Shown here: positions 24,349-36,814 of the stretch, in pieces
How positions within the stretch are numbered: the first letter of the stretch is position 1
Layout: each line of letters starts with the position of its first letter
Origin: Octopus sinensis
Taxonomy: Eukaryota
DNA: 64,000 bases
Direction of reading: 5' to 3'
Assembly (NCBI RefSeq): GCF_006345805.1
Contig: NC_043000.1
Coordinates: 17,298,001 to 17,362,000 of the forward strand
Position numbers and translations under genes: made by a program
The notes under the pieces: generated by a model
Told to the model about the DNA's origin: nothing
The model's input: the letters and a program-made list of their open reading frames with translations, nothing else
Database searches by the model: none

Positions 24349-25673
24349 AGCCCATAGCCACAATATTTGATCTTCCTTGAGCAGTGCCAATATATTTGGC
24401 AAAAGCGACATTGTCAGGGATTATAACCAGATGACAATTGAAGCTTGTGATATAACAAACATCACTTTGGCATCCGGAATACACAACTGAGGCAATATGT
24501 AATTAAAACAATCGTCTATATATCATATTTAATGTACACACATTGTCAATTGGTTAGTTACCGCAGTGTTTATCCTAGGATAACATCTTTTATAGACTTG
24601 TATTAAAAACTCAATAAATATCAGAAATACGAAAATAGACATGTCTGAGTTTATAAGGATATCATTTGATTTGAAAAATGCGGCGACTAATTCCTTTCCA
24701 CGGTTCATTGATGAAATTGTTCGTGGCTTAGACTTCGTTTAAAGATACATCAAAGATTTTCTAATTTTCAGTTCTTCTGAAAGGAGGCCAGCTGGTAGAA
24801 TCGTTAGCCCCTCCCGCCAAAGTTTCTAGCCTTGAACCCAGTGACGGACCGGCGTGTGTTGTGATTTCGGTTACTTATATGCCATGGAAACTGGGTCGCC
24901 GGCCATATAAAACCTAGGGGCTTGAGGAAAGAAAAGTTCTTCTGAATCGGAAGACGAAGTACAGCTTCACTTACTTTTCGACAGGCTATTTTGGTGAAAT
25001 GGTTAACCTAATAAAGAACCAATTTTCAGTCCCTTCTCAATCTTCCTTGGGTCATGTGATAAATGAAAATGGAGTTCGCAGTTCGTCGTCTTCTCTGAAT
25101 AATCATCTCGTTCTTCTGTCTTCAACAACTGCTGCATCCATCTTGTATGATATATTCGCTTCAAATTTTGGCACACAGCCAGCAGATTTGGGGGAGGAGC
25201 TAAGTCGATTACATCGACCTCAGTGTTCGACTGGTACTTATTTTATCGACCCCGATAGGAAGAAAGGCAAAGTCGACCTCGCGTAATTTGAACTTAGCCC
25301 GGCGCGCTAACCATTCTGCCAGCTTGCCGCCTTCATCTTGTGTGACATATCATCTGAACATGAGAGAATCTTAAGTCTCACCTTATCATCGACGTTCTAC
25401 AATTTTTTCTTTTCTTTTTTTCCGTTCCACACTTTCTGTGGAACGTGTGAACTTTCCGTTCACACGTTCTACAATAAGTAGATCAGCTCGGCTTTCTAGA
25501 CTGATATCAACAACGATGTCTATGAATAAGTCAAGAGCTGCATTGCTTGCCAAAAGTTTAAAGTGCATCTTTGCTAATCCTGGTGCACGTTTCTAATATA
25601 TACGCATCAACACCGTAGGACCTCTGCTCCCTTCACAACAGTATACATAGTAGAAGACACTTGCTCAAGTTGT

Positions 25674-26015
25674 CACGCGGTAGGACTGAACCCGGAACCA
25701 AGTGGTTGAAGCCATACCTACCTACAAGTACTGTTTCACTAGGTCGCCTGAATCCATCGTGTCGACAGATTCCACAGAGGAAGATGTTCCAAAGACTTTG
25801 TTTCAACATTGGATATCACGTTTTGTCACACCTGCTTTGATCACCACGCAGTAGGACTGAACCCGGAACCAAGTGGTTGAAGCCATACCTACCTACAAGT
25901 ACTGTTTCACTAGGTCGCCTGAATCCATCGTGTCGACAGATTCCACAGAGGAAGATGTTCCAAAGACTTTGTTTCAACATTGGATATCACGTTTTGTCAT
26001 ACCTGCTTTGATCAC
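25674..26015 (+). repeat. 171-bp tandem duplication
   Basis: Units 25674-25844 and 25845-26015 nearly identical. Confidence 0.92.
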
Positions 26016-26534
26016 GTTAGATGTGTGACGTCGGTTCTAATCCAATCTTTTCACCGAACTAGAACGACTCCTTGGTTGCAGACAGACACACACAGCAGCC
26101 TATCTTCCAGCAGCTAAAGGCATTGTTGAAAGATTTAATCGGCAGATGAAATCTGCTCAAGAGATTCACACAAATCCTTGCAACTTGAAAGTTTATCGAC
26201 TTCTCGTTATACTTGGCATTCGTTCTATAGTTGGTGAAGAAATTGATTTTTCAACACGTGAACTGGTTTAAGGAAATATTGCGACCTTACTTGGTCGAAC
26301 AGTTGCACCTGTCTCTTCTCAGGATACTCCTGATCTCGCTAGCTATGTGCATCGTTTTAGCGACTGCTTGATCAACCAAACACTCATAACGAAAGATACA
26401 TTAATGGTAATTAGGAAATTACATAAATTTATTACTTTACATGGATCATATTCAGCTTCAACTTTTAACATTTACTTAATTATTTATATCAGCTTTCATT
26501 CTACTGCGCAAAAATCACATTACATAATATCGTT

Positions 26535-26577
<43 letters not shown>

Positions 26578-26623
26578 CGTGTATGCGCGCGTGTGCATGT
26601 ATGTATGTGTGGCTATATATATA

Positions 26624-26828
26624 TATATTATAATAAATTAGAGACAAAACCACTATTATGCAAATCAAACAAAGAAAGACTTAAGCCAATACATAAAATA
26701 TAAAATAATTTATATAAATTAAAATTTAATAAATTTATATAAATTATTTTATATTTTATGTATTGGCTTAAGTCTTTCTTTGTTTGATTTGCATAATAGT
26801 GGTTTTGTCTCTAATTTATTATAATATA
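26624..26828. repeat. Perfect inverted repeat, 97-bp arms with 11-bp spacer
   Basis: 26624-26720 is the exact reverse complement of 26732-26828 by eye alignment. Confidence 0.92.
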
Positions 26829-26911
26829 ATATTTTATTATAAAATTGGATTCAATCTTAAATCTGATTTTTCCTTGTAAATTTGGATTTATTCCCTAATA
26901 TTTATTATTAT

Positions 26912-26995
<84 letters not shown>

Positions 26996-27276
26996 GTGTG
27001 TGTGTGTGGTGTGTGTTGTGTGTGTGTGTGTGTGTGTACATGTGTGTATGTATGCATATATGTATGTTTTTATGTATGTATATATGTGTATATATATACA
27101 TATATAATTAACCCCGAAATTGGACCAATACGGTAATAACGAATTTTTTAGAGATTTCTATCGGTTTGTTTCGAGATGCATAAATTATAATGGTTATTGA
27201 AAAGTTTTGTCTTTTTTTCGGCATATTTGGCATTAGAATTTTTCTTTTGCCCTTATCTTGTAAATTATTTATATAC

Positions 27277-27318
<42 letters not shown>

Positions 27319-28856
27319 TGTGTGTGTGTGAGTGTATGTGTATGTGTGTGTGTGAGTGTGTGTGTGTATGTATATAATATGTGCGTATAGCCGATATTGC
27401 GAAGATGATCCGGTTCTTGACTGAAGATTGAGGGCTTCGTGTTTTTTGTGTCGTCTTCTAAATGTTTCACGTTCTTGTCCCAGTTTGTATATTTTTTTAC
27501 TTTTACATATATATATATATATATATATATTGCAGAGGTTGCAAAGAATACAACACAAAGACGAGGTAAAAATAAACACAGAATTGGTATTAGCTTGACG
27601 TTCAAGAAATGAGGGGAAAGAAGGAAATGTCTTAATATTTCAAGTATTCGCTCTTCTTCTGAGAAGAACAATTGGAGAAGTTAAAACGTACGTATCCAAC
27701 TGTTATGGCATGGTAATTTATATATATATTCCAGTAGCAAGATATATTTCTCTCTATAGAAGATGTTCTTGTACGAAGGAATCAATACCATCAAATAACT
27801 TGGAACCAAAATCTGTGAGAAACTTGACTGTTAGCATTAATTTTCTTTAAATATAACAAAATTCTTATGATTTTCGTTTCTGTCTAGTTCCAGATTTCCA
27901 TATGTGTAGTAAAACCAAGCTATTTAAATCTTTTGAAATCATATTTGCACCTAACAGAACTGGTGACAATGATGGCTTCGATGGAAGCATGGAAATGTAC
28001 AGAATAATCCTTTGAGGTGAGGTTCTAGAACTATAAAAGAGATAACAAACCCCTGTTCTATGGTAGCAATTTGTATCTACCTTGAGTTGTCAAGTATTAC
28101 AAATGATGAGCGAACCTTTAGCCTTTTGTCTGGTCTGGTCTATAGTTCTCCAAACCTTTTCTTTATTTTTTCACTTCTGGTTGGGTTTGGAAAAAGAGGC
28201 AATGCCTGTGACCTTCGCATGCCTTCCTAGACCGGTGAGACTGACACTATTAATTTTCCTCTTGAATCTTTGTGATTCAAAATCTGCGAGTTGGAAAGGG
28301 AAATTTGGTGTAGTGATGAGAGCAGGGCCTAGTGAGAGGTGCCTGGCCTCAACAAAATTAGTGAGCAGTGGCGATACGATGGCGATGGGAATGCTTGTGT
28401 GTGAGTAGGGGATGAGATTATGAAACAAGCCAACTCCAAGGAACAAAGGCCATTATAGTTTCAGAAGGAAAGCAGAGAGAGAAGACCGCAAACTTGTGGG
28501 TCAGAAACTGGAGAAAGTTTGAGTAATTTTTTTCCAGTCAGTTGGTGGCCCTTTTCTAGATGTGGGATGTGATATTTTTCAGTACAGCAGCGACTCCATC
28601 CCAGATGCAGGAGCAATACTCTATTATGGGCTTCACCTGAACTTCTTAGAGAAGCAATAATTATTGCGGCTGAGGAATCGTCTGTCCCCGAAGAGAAGGA
28701 TCTGTTGCTGAAATGCGGTCTTAATAATGTTAACCTTGTGCTTTTGCATGAGAGATCCTCATAAAGCCCATTAGTGAGATTCAGCAATTAGGACGATTCT
28801 AAGGGCTCTGGCTGAATGCTCCCTGTGATATAACTCAAAGTTATAAGAAAAAGCGA

Positions 28857-29175
28857 TGGAGGCGCAATGGCCCAGTGGTTATTGAGCGAAAACACCTAAA
28901 AGCTCCACGAAGCTCCGGCAGGGGATGGTGGTGAACCCTGCTGTACTCTTTCACCACAACTTTCTCTCACTCTTTCTTCCTGTTTCTGTTGTACCTGTAT
29001 TTCAAAGGGCCAGCCTTGTCACACTCTGTGTCACGCTGAATCTCCTCGAGAACTACGTTAAGGGTACACGTGTCTGTGGAGTGCTCAGCCACTTGCACGT
29101 TAATATCACGAGCAAGCTGTTCCGTTGATTCGGATCAGCTGGGACCCTCATCGTCGCAACCGACGGAGTGCTCCT
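28857..29175 (+). mobile_element. SINE C variant with head deletion, TSD tataagaaaaagc
   Basis: 13-bp direct repeat at 28842-28854 and 29179-29191. Confidence 0.88.
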
Positions 29176-29239
29176 ATATATAAGAAAAAGCTATAAGATT
29201 CCCTACATAGATGTGAAAACTGACCATTAGTGATAGAAT

Positions 29240-29490
29240 ATCTTAGCATGGTTTGGTGGTTAGGGAGTTGCACTCACGATCGCGAGGTCGTAGTTTCAAT
29301 TCCCAAACCTGGCGATGCATCGTATTCTTCAGCAAAACATTTCATTTCGCGTTGCTTCAGTTCACTCAGTTGTAAATGAGTAACTCTGCAACCAACTGGC
29401 GTCCCATTCAAGGAGTATGCAGCAATCTCCGTCACTTACACGCAATGGAAACCAGGTGGCCGATTCTATGAGCCCTAGAACTCGAGACAG
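29240..29490 (+). mobile_element. Diverged SINE of family E type
   Basis: tRNA-like head and gcaaaacatttcatttcgcgttgct..cagttcactcag core. Confidence 0.6.
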
Positions 29491-29694
29491 TTATGTCCAG
29501 GGGTTATCGACGACGACAGCGGAAACTGTGAAAGAAACAAGTCGGAGATTCGACTGACCAAAGGTTCTATTTAATTTCACACTGTTCGTTTTAGATTGTT
29601 TTAATTTCTGAACCGAACAAAGAAACATCCTACAGGTGTTTTTATTTTTTATTCTTTTTTTTTTTTTTTAATGTCGAACACATAAAATAAGTGG

Positions 29695-29900
29695 AGAGGC
29701 GGCAAACTTGGAGAATTGTTAGCACTTCGGACAAGAATGTATTTCTTCCGGTTTTACATTCTGAGTTCAAATTCCGCCAAGGTCGACGTTACTTTCATCA
29801 TTTCGGGCTCGATAAAATAAGTATCGGTTGAGCACTGGGGTCGATACAGTCGACCAGCCTCTACCCCCGATATTTCAGGTTTTGTGCCTATAGTAGAAAG
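29695..29900 (+). mobile_element. SINE B variant
   Basis: ctgagttcaaattccgcc..ggtcgac core. Confidence 0.7.
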
Positions 29901-31532
29901 GGGGGTGAGTAGATAAAATATGTACCAGTAATTAAACTGTACCAATTTCTGCTTTTAACCAAATAAAAATTAGGCACCACCCGGAATTGAAGACCATCTG
30001 TTTTCGTTTTATAGTGGATGAGAGGACGAAACTAATATTCTAACGGTTAATGGATGACAGAAGCGGTTGTATGCTGAACTCAATGCCTTTCATTCTACGT
30101 TCCTTTAGATCTGGGGTTCAAATCACGCGAGTCGATTTTGCCTCTCATCCAGTTGAAATAGATAAAGCAAGTACCAGCGATACTACTGTTAGTTGTTGCT
30201 GTTGTTGTTGTTTAACCCCAGGTCAGCCCCGACCAAGCAGATGTATGGTCAAAGGTGTTCCTGCCGCGAACGGCCTTTTCCTCCCGTCTTTTCTTTCAGA
30301 TCTAGTATATTTAGAACTACATTATTCAATGTGTCCTTTGAAAAAAAAAAAACACTAGACTGTGAGTTACGGATATATTTAACTGCTATTTGAAGCTGGT
30401 TAAAGGACCTACTATATGTAGTTTGCAACATGAGATGAACGTGAGGTTAGTGTTTCGAATGTTCTTGTCGGAGAATTGAAAAAATTAATAAGGTTGTATA
30501 TAAAGCTGAAACTAAAAATAATTAGTCATTATCCTCTGCCTTCGTGCTGCTGGGGAAGTATTAGATCGACTTAGCTTACAAAGATCTATCTATTTGTCTG
30601 TCTGTCTGCTAGTCCATACGTCTTGCCAGCCAGCCAGACAGCCAACCAACCGATTCTCCATCCGTCTGTCTTTTATATAAAACCTACCACATCCTTACGC
30701 AGCACATTCCGTAACCACCCTCTGTTTTGGTTCAAGAATAGCTGCGGAGCGGTTTAACTAACTTGAATGTTCAAGAAGCATCTAAACTTACAAAAATCAG
30801 TTTAATAAAGTTTACAAAATAAAACATGCTACTCAGAAAAGAATTCGTTATCAAATACCAACATTAAATTTTATGTTTACAATCTACCTGCTAATACCTA
30901 CATGAAAGCTAAGCGTATTGGCTAGTGAGACAGTGCAGCATTGATTGGCTTTTCTTTAATTTATATTATATTAACTTTCTCAGTGAAAATAATGATCTGC
31001 ATTTTATCTGAACACCAATTAATCGTTCCCAAACTTGTAACATAAAAGCCAACAAATCGATCGGATGGTTGCAACATTAAATATTTAGTCAAAGGGAGAC
31101 AACTTGTAAGAATTCTCATCCAAGATTTCATGAGATGATGACTATTTATAATGATTAGAAGACTCGTGATTTATAGCGTAATTTTATTATTAAAACCTCC
31201 TTTCATAATATTAGAAATGCATGTTGAAAATATTATCTTTGCAATACTTTTCAAGCCAATCACCGACAGAAACCTTAACATGGCAACTAAAGTAACTTGC
31301 TATACTTAGTTACGTCCCCTTTTATCGCTTTAAAAAAAAAATTCTGGAAACTTGATTTTGCCTTTCATTTTGAAATTTGTAAAAACATAAGTTTTGATTA
31401 TATACCGGGTTGATTAACTATAGCATTTACATGCTTATGCTAATATAAGAAATAAGAAATTTGAATTTATCAAGGGACGTACACAGCAGGGGACGAAACC
31501 GTAAAAGTTCCATTTGTATGCGTGTGTGTGTA

Positions 31533-31575
<43 letters not shown>

Positions 31576-31879
31576 TGTGCGTATGTGTCCCAACTTGTTA
31601 CTAGTAACGTTAACACCTCCCGTCTCATCTTGAGAATAACTGATCGTATGAGTCAGCTTAGAAACTGGATTGATTCTAAGCCGACCGCTTGTGGGAGAAC
31701 CTGTAATTGTCGGGTCTCGCAGCTATGTCTGTTAGATGAATTTTGTTCATGCTATAACGTTGTGTATAAATGCCGAGTAATAAACTCACTTTCCCAGAAG
31801 GCTAGGGTCTACTTCTAGGGTCTACTTCTGCTGCACGCCTGTATCAAACGCTGCTGCCAGGCTCACCCGAATTCATTCT

Positions 31880-32445
31880 CAAACAGAGCCTCTAAACTCT
31901 CAACCGCCTTAGCCAGGAGATAGGAAAGAAACAGACTTAACCTGATCCCACGAAAGCAACTTTGTTTTGGAGCAAGATCTGGTCCAGCACAATAATAGGG
32001 AACTCTGGAAGAAGAATTCAGTGATATGGAAATACAAGAGGACATCTCCATCACGTTGGAAGACATAAAAGAGTTGGAAAAATGAGAGATCTGGTCCAGC
32101 ACAATAATAGGGAACTCAGGAAGAAGAATTCAGTGATATGGAAATACAAGAGGACATCTCCATCACGTTGGAAGACATAAAGGAGTTGGAAAAATGAGAA
32201 ATCGGAAGTCAGCTGGCCTGAGTTTGACGAATTTACATCCTAGACTACAAAAACTCCTGCATTGCTGTGTAAACCAAGAAATTGTACCAGACTGGATGGT
32301 CAACGGAAGACCTGTGTTGATTCAGAAGGAGCCTGCCTAGAGTGCCGTGACCACTAACTATCATCCAACTGTTTGTTTACTATGATGTGGAAGCTTTAAC
32401 TGGAATAATGGGAAAGAAATTGTACAGCCATCTTGAAAGAAAAGA
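31880..32445 (+). mobile_element. R4/Dong-like LINE fragment (pre-RT region) with a 112-bp tandem duplication (31975-32198)
   Basis: Broken frame ...LHPRLQKLL...VPDWMVNGR.VLIQK...NY...LLTGIMGKKLYSHLE. Confidence 0.7.
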
Positions 32446-32870
32446 TTTGAAGTCAGGGACCTTCCTATCTGGCCAAGCTCTCATCATTTTCTTCAAATAT
32501 AATTTGAAGAGGAAAGTTAAGGCAGAAAGGGAGGTGTCACCTTCTAGCGTGATTATTGAAAGGTGGATGAGAGTGACGAGACTGATGAGGCTGAAGAGGA
32601 AGAAAGAAACTGGAAGATGGCACTTTCCATGCCTTGGAGATAGCAGAGTAATCCAGGACTTTTGTGTGGGGTTTTCCCCAAATTACCATAAGTGGACTAA
32701 TCTGCTATTGGGATTCTCTTTATTAATTATTTATTTTTCTAATATCTATTTTTTATATACTTTTGTTAAATCCTTATTGTTAAATTGTATCCCCATCTTT
32801 GATGTAAACCCTAACTTTTGATATTGTCTTCCATGTGTTTGGCCCTCGTGGCCAATAAAAGAAATCATCA
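32445..32870 (+). mobile_element. Tx1-like LINE 3' end
   Basis: LSGQALIIFFKYNLKRKVKAEREV...ERWM, tail ggccctcgtggccaataaaagaaat then (ATC)n/(ATT)n. Confidence 0.7.
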
Positions 32871-33089
32871 TCATCATCATCACCATCATCATCATTATTT
32901 TAATTATTATTATTATTATTATAGAAGATGTAGCACAGTATCCAATATTGTGATTTTGCAGATTGAAGATATTGTGTACTGAAGAATTGTATTGTCTGTC
33001 AAGTCACAACAAGGACCTCAGACACATAGTAACTTTACACAAGGTCCTTATTATTATTGTAATTATTATTGTTGTTGTTGTCATCGTCG

Positions 33090-33146
<57 letters not shown>

Positions 33147-33148
<2 letters not shown>

Positions 33149-34490
33149 TAGTTTTATTTTTATAGCGTGCTTTCACTTCACTACCGAGTGCAGCTCTGTG
33201 TGCCTTAGGTATGTGCTGTGATTTGTTGTGATGCTCTGATGGTTATTGTATGGAAAGTGTTCTGCGTAGGATGTGTGCAGTGCCTAGTAGTGCAATTTTT
33301 TGTATGTTATATGTGTTTGTAAGTCCTGGTGTTTTTGTTATGTATTTGTCTGAATATTTTTTTATCATGCCTAATGCACCTACTATGATAGGAATTGTTT
33401 CTGTTTTTAGATTCCACATTCTGGTTACCTCTATTTCCAGGTCTTTGTATTTTGAGAGTTTCTTCATTTCTTTTAGAAACATGTTGTCATCTGCTGGTAT
33501 TGATACATCAATTAGAAAGCATTTTTTTTCTTCATGATCTCTGACAACTATATCTGGTCTGTTGGCCTTAATTTCTTTATCTGTGTGTATCGGCATATCC
33601 CAGAGTATGGTTGCTTTCTCGTTTTCTGTGACCTTTTCTGGTGTGTGCCTATACCATCTGTTGGCATAGATTCCAGTGTATGTAGGTTCCAACTTTGTCA
33701 TGTCTGTGAATATATTCCTTCTTAGCCAGGACTGGGCAGCTAGAGATAATATGATTTATTGTTTCTTGTCCATCTCCACATATTCTGCAGTTACTTGTTA
33801 TATTTCTTTTCATTACATGTTTTTGGTCATTTCTGGTGGGGAGGCTTTGGTCTTGTGCTGCAATTAAAAATCCCTCTGCCTCTGCTTTGAGTCCTGAGCT
33901 TCTCAACCATTGCTGGGATTTTTCTTTGTCTATTTCTTTTGCATTTAGTTTAGTCCAGTATTTACCATGAAGGGGATTTTCTTGCCATCGTTTTATCATG
34001 TTTGGCTTTATCAAAGTTTGGCTTTGGTCTGATTCTTTTATTTCATTGGTTTTATCTAGTGTGATGTTGCTACTCTTAACTAGTTTTCCTCTTTTCATGG
34101 TTACTTTGGCACATTTTTCTAATCCAAATTTCATATCTATTTCTTTGGTAAATCCATGAACTGTCTTTAATAGTGTTTCCAGCTGTTTGTCATTTGCAGC
34201 GTATAATAGTTTTAGGTCATCCATATATAAAAGGTGGCTGATTGTTTTGCCGTAACATTTATATCCGCATCCAGTTCTATTTAGCATATCAGATAGAGGT
34301 GACAGTGCCAAGCAGAAAAGGAGTGGAGAGAGCGTGTCTCCCTGGAATATTCCTCTTCTAATGGGGATGGCTTTGGTTTTCATGAGTCCCTCTTTTGTTT
34401 GGAGCTGTAGCACTGTTTGCCATTTATTCATAGAGTGTCCTATGAATTTTATAATTGTTGGTGCTACTTTGTTAATGGCTAGTGTTTCGA

Positions 34491-34492
<2 letters not shown>
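33147..34492 (-). mobile_element. R4/Dong-clade non-LTR retrotransposon (RT, CCHC, restriction-like endonuclease), 5'-truncated and internally deleted, inside (TAA)n
   Basis: GIFQGDTLSPLLF, LYMDDLK, CRICG..ETINHIISSC, NRPDIVV...IDVSIP motifs; (ATT)n on both flanks. Confidence 0.9.
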
Positions 34493-34528
<36 letters not shown>

Positions 34529-34679
34529 GGCACCAAGCTAGCCAAGCAAAATGCTGAGCAGTATTTTGTCCGTCTTTACGTTCTGAGCTCAAATTCTCCT
34601 AAGATTGACTTTGCCCTTCATCCTTTTGAGGTCAATAAAATAAGTACCAGTTGAGCACTGGGGTTGATTTAATCGGCTT

Positions 34680-36295
34680 ACCAACTCCAATGCTTCGATT
34701 GGTCATCACGCGGGACGAAGTCAAACGTGTTATTCAAGGCCTCGATGTCAACAAGGGTCACGGCCCTGACAGCATACACCCACAGGTTATCAAAGCGTTG
34801 GCTCCGGTCATCTGCGAGCCCTTAACACGACTATTCAATATGTCATTGGCGACGGGTGTTATACCTGCAGACTGGAGAACAGTGATAATCTGCCCAATTT
34901 TCAAGAAAGGGAGCCGCGAAGACCCGCTTAACTATCGACCGGTTTCCCTTACATCAATAATCAGCAAGATGTTCGAAACCATCCTTAAGAAAAGTATGAT
35001 GCTCCACCTCCTAAACACAGCCTCGATCACTGATTCCCAACACGGCTTCGTGCCGAAGAGATCATGCTTGACCAACTTACTAGTAATGGAAGAATTGGTG
35101 ACGCGCATCCTCGATGATAGTGATGCTGTTGACATCGTTTTATTGGACTTTGCCAAAGCTTTTGACTCGGTAAACCACCGCCTACTACTTGTCAAGCTTC
35201 AAGCATATAGTTTCCATCCAGATATTGTACGATGGGTTGGTGCCTTCCTCTCAGATCGCTCCTTCCAAGTTCAAGTTAATGGTTCGCGGTCCGACGTCTC
35301 CAGTGCGAGCAGTGGCGTGCCTCAAGGTTCAGTGCTTGGGCCCTTGTTGTTCTTAGTCTTCATAAATGACTTGCCTGACGACCTCACGCAACACACCTTT
35401 CTATTTGCCGACGATATCAAACTGGTCGCTCCTCGCGGTAGTATAGAGGATCTTCGTCGATGCCTCCACCAAATTTGGAAGTGGTCTAATGATTGGGACC
35501 TGTGTCTGAATGTGTCAAAGTGCTGTCATCTGCCTGTCGGCTCTACTCCTGCAACTCAACTTGATTTCGAGCCGGGTCGTCTGCTGCTGGAGAGGACCGA
35601 TCAGGTAAAGGACCTGGGTATCTTGGTGGATTCCTCCTTTTCGCCTTCGGCCCAGTGCGTCCATGCTGCCAACAAAGCGCGCGGAATTCTGTTTTTGATT
35701 CGACGGTCATTCGGAATGCTCACAGCAGCCATATTCCTACCACTCTATGTCACGCTGGTGAGACCCATATTGGAGTATGGGATTCAAGCCTCTTCTCCTT
35801 ATCTCCTCAAAGACATACAGCATCTCGAAAGAGTCCAGAGGCTGGCTACCCGCATGGTTCATGGTCTCAAAAATTTGTCCTACGAAGAAAGGCTGAGGAG
35901 GCTCGACCTTTATTCTCTTGAAAAACGCCGCCGCCGTGGTGATCTCATTCTCGCCCACAACATCATAAGCGGGAAGTGTAACCTCTCGAAAGAGCTGTTC
36001 TTCACTCCTGCTCCGGAGCGTCGGCTGCGGGGTCATTCCGAAAAGCTCTACCTGCGACGATTTCATCTCAATCGAAGGAGAGGAGCTTTCTCCGTCCGGG
36101 TTGCGGATCCGTGGAACAAGCTGCCAGACGAGATGGTGAAGATGCCGACGACCGCTTTGTTCAAAGCCTCCCTGGACCTCAAGTGGCCTGAACTCTTTAC
36201 ATGAACACCACCCTGTACTTAACTCCATGTCCCCCTACATGGCCTTGCTATTTGCTTTTGAGCCAAATTAACTAACTAACTACTAACTAACTAAC
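34680..36295 (+). mobile_element. Young 5'-truncated CR1/Jockey-group LINE with uninterrupted RT frame (34690-36204) and (TAAC)n tail
   Basis: QHGF, LDFAKAFDSV, GVPQGSVLGPLLF, LFADD motifs, no stops or frameshifts; inserted inside a SINE B variant (34530-34680 and 36296-36345). Confidence 0.93.
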
Positions 36296-36589
36296 TTCCT
36301 TGAAATTCCTGGCCTTGAGCCAAAATTTAAAGCCATTAACATTATTATTACAATGTAAATATTGTTAGAATTTTCTCACACTGTATTTGTTAATCCAGAG
36401 TTTTTTTATGAATGTATTTTTCCCCAAAATGTACTGAATTCGTTTTGATGTCAGGAAACTTGTTTAGGTATTTAAATAAAGAAATTATTAATTATTATTT
36501 ATAATTTATGGTCTGAGATCTTTCAGACAATGACTAATAAATGATAATGATGATGATGATGATGACAACAACTTTAATAATAATGATGA

Positions 36590-36770
36590 TTTCAAATTTT
36601 GGCACAAGGCCAGACATTGACTCCAGGGCTCAATTGGTCCTTATTTTATTGACCCTGAAAGGATGAAGGCAAAGTCAACCTTGGCAGAATTTGAATTCAG
36701 GACACTAAGACAAACAAGCTGCCACTAAGCATTTTGTCTAGAGTGTTAATTATTCTGTCAGCTCACTGCC

Positions 36771-36814
<44 letters not shown>

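Larger units (their letters stand above)
23660..26390 (+). pseudogene. Decayed Gypsy pol (RT to integrase), interrupted by a solo LTR and SINEs
   Basis: Broken-frame peptides: DQLKIAKQKF, WSSPL, ANIFGK.DIVR.YNQ, LKNAA..F.RFIDEIVRGLDF..YIKD, LGHVINENGVR, CIACQK.KVH, HWISRF, GIVERFNRQMKSA. Confidence 0.8.

Noticed and set aside
32387-32821. 144-aa ORF as a host membrane protein
   Set aside because: Chimera of a Dong fragment, a Tx1 C-terminus and T-rich UTR.
34651-34689. N-terminus of the 517-aa ORF
   Set aside because: The TTG start lies in the flanking SINE; the LINE is 5'-truncated and lacks the endonuclease.
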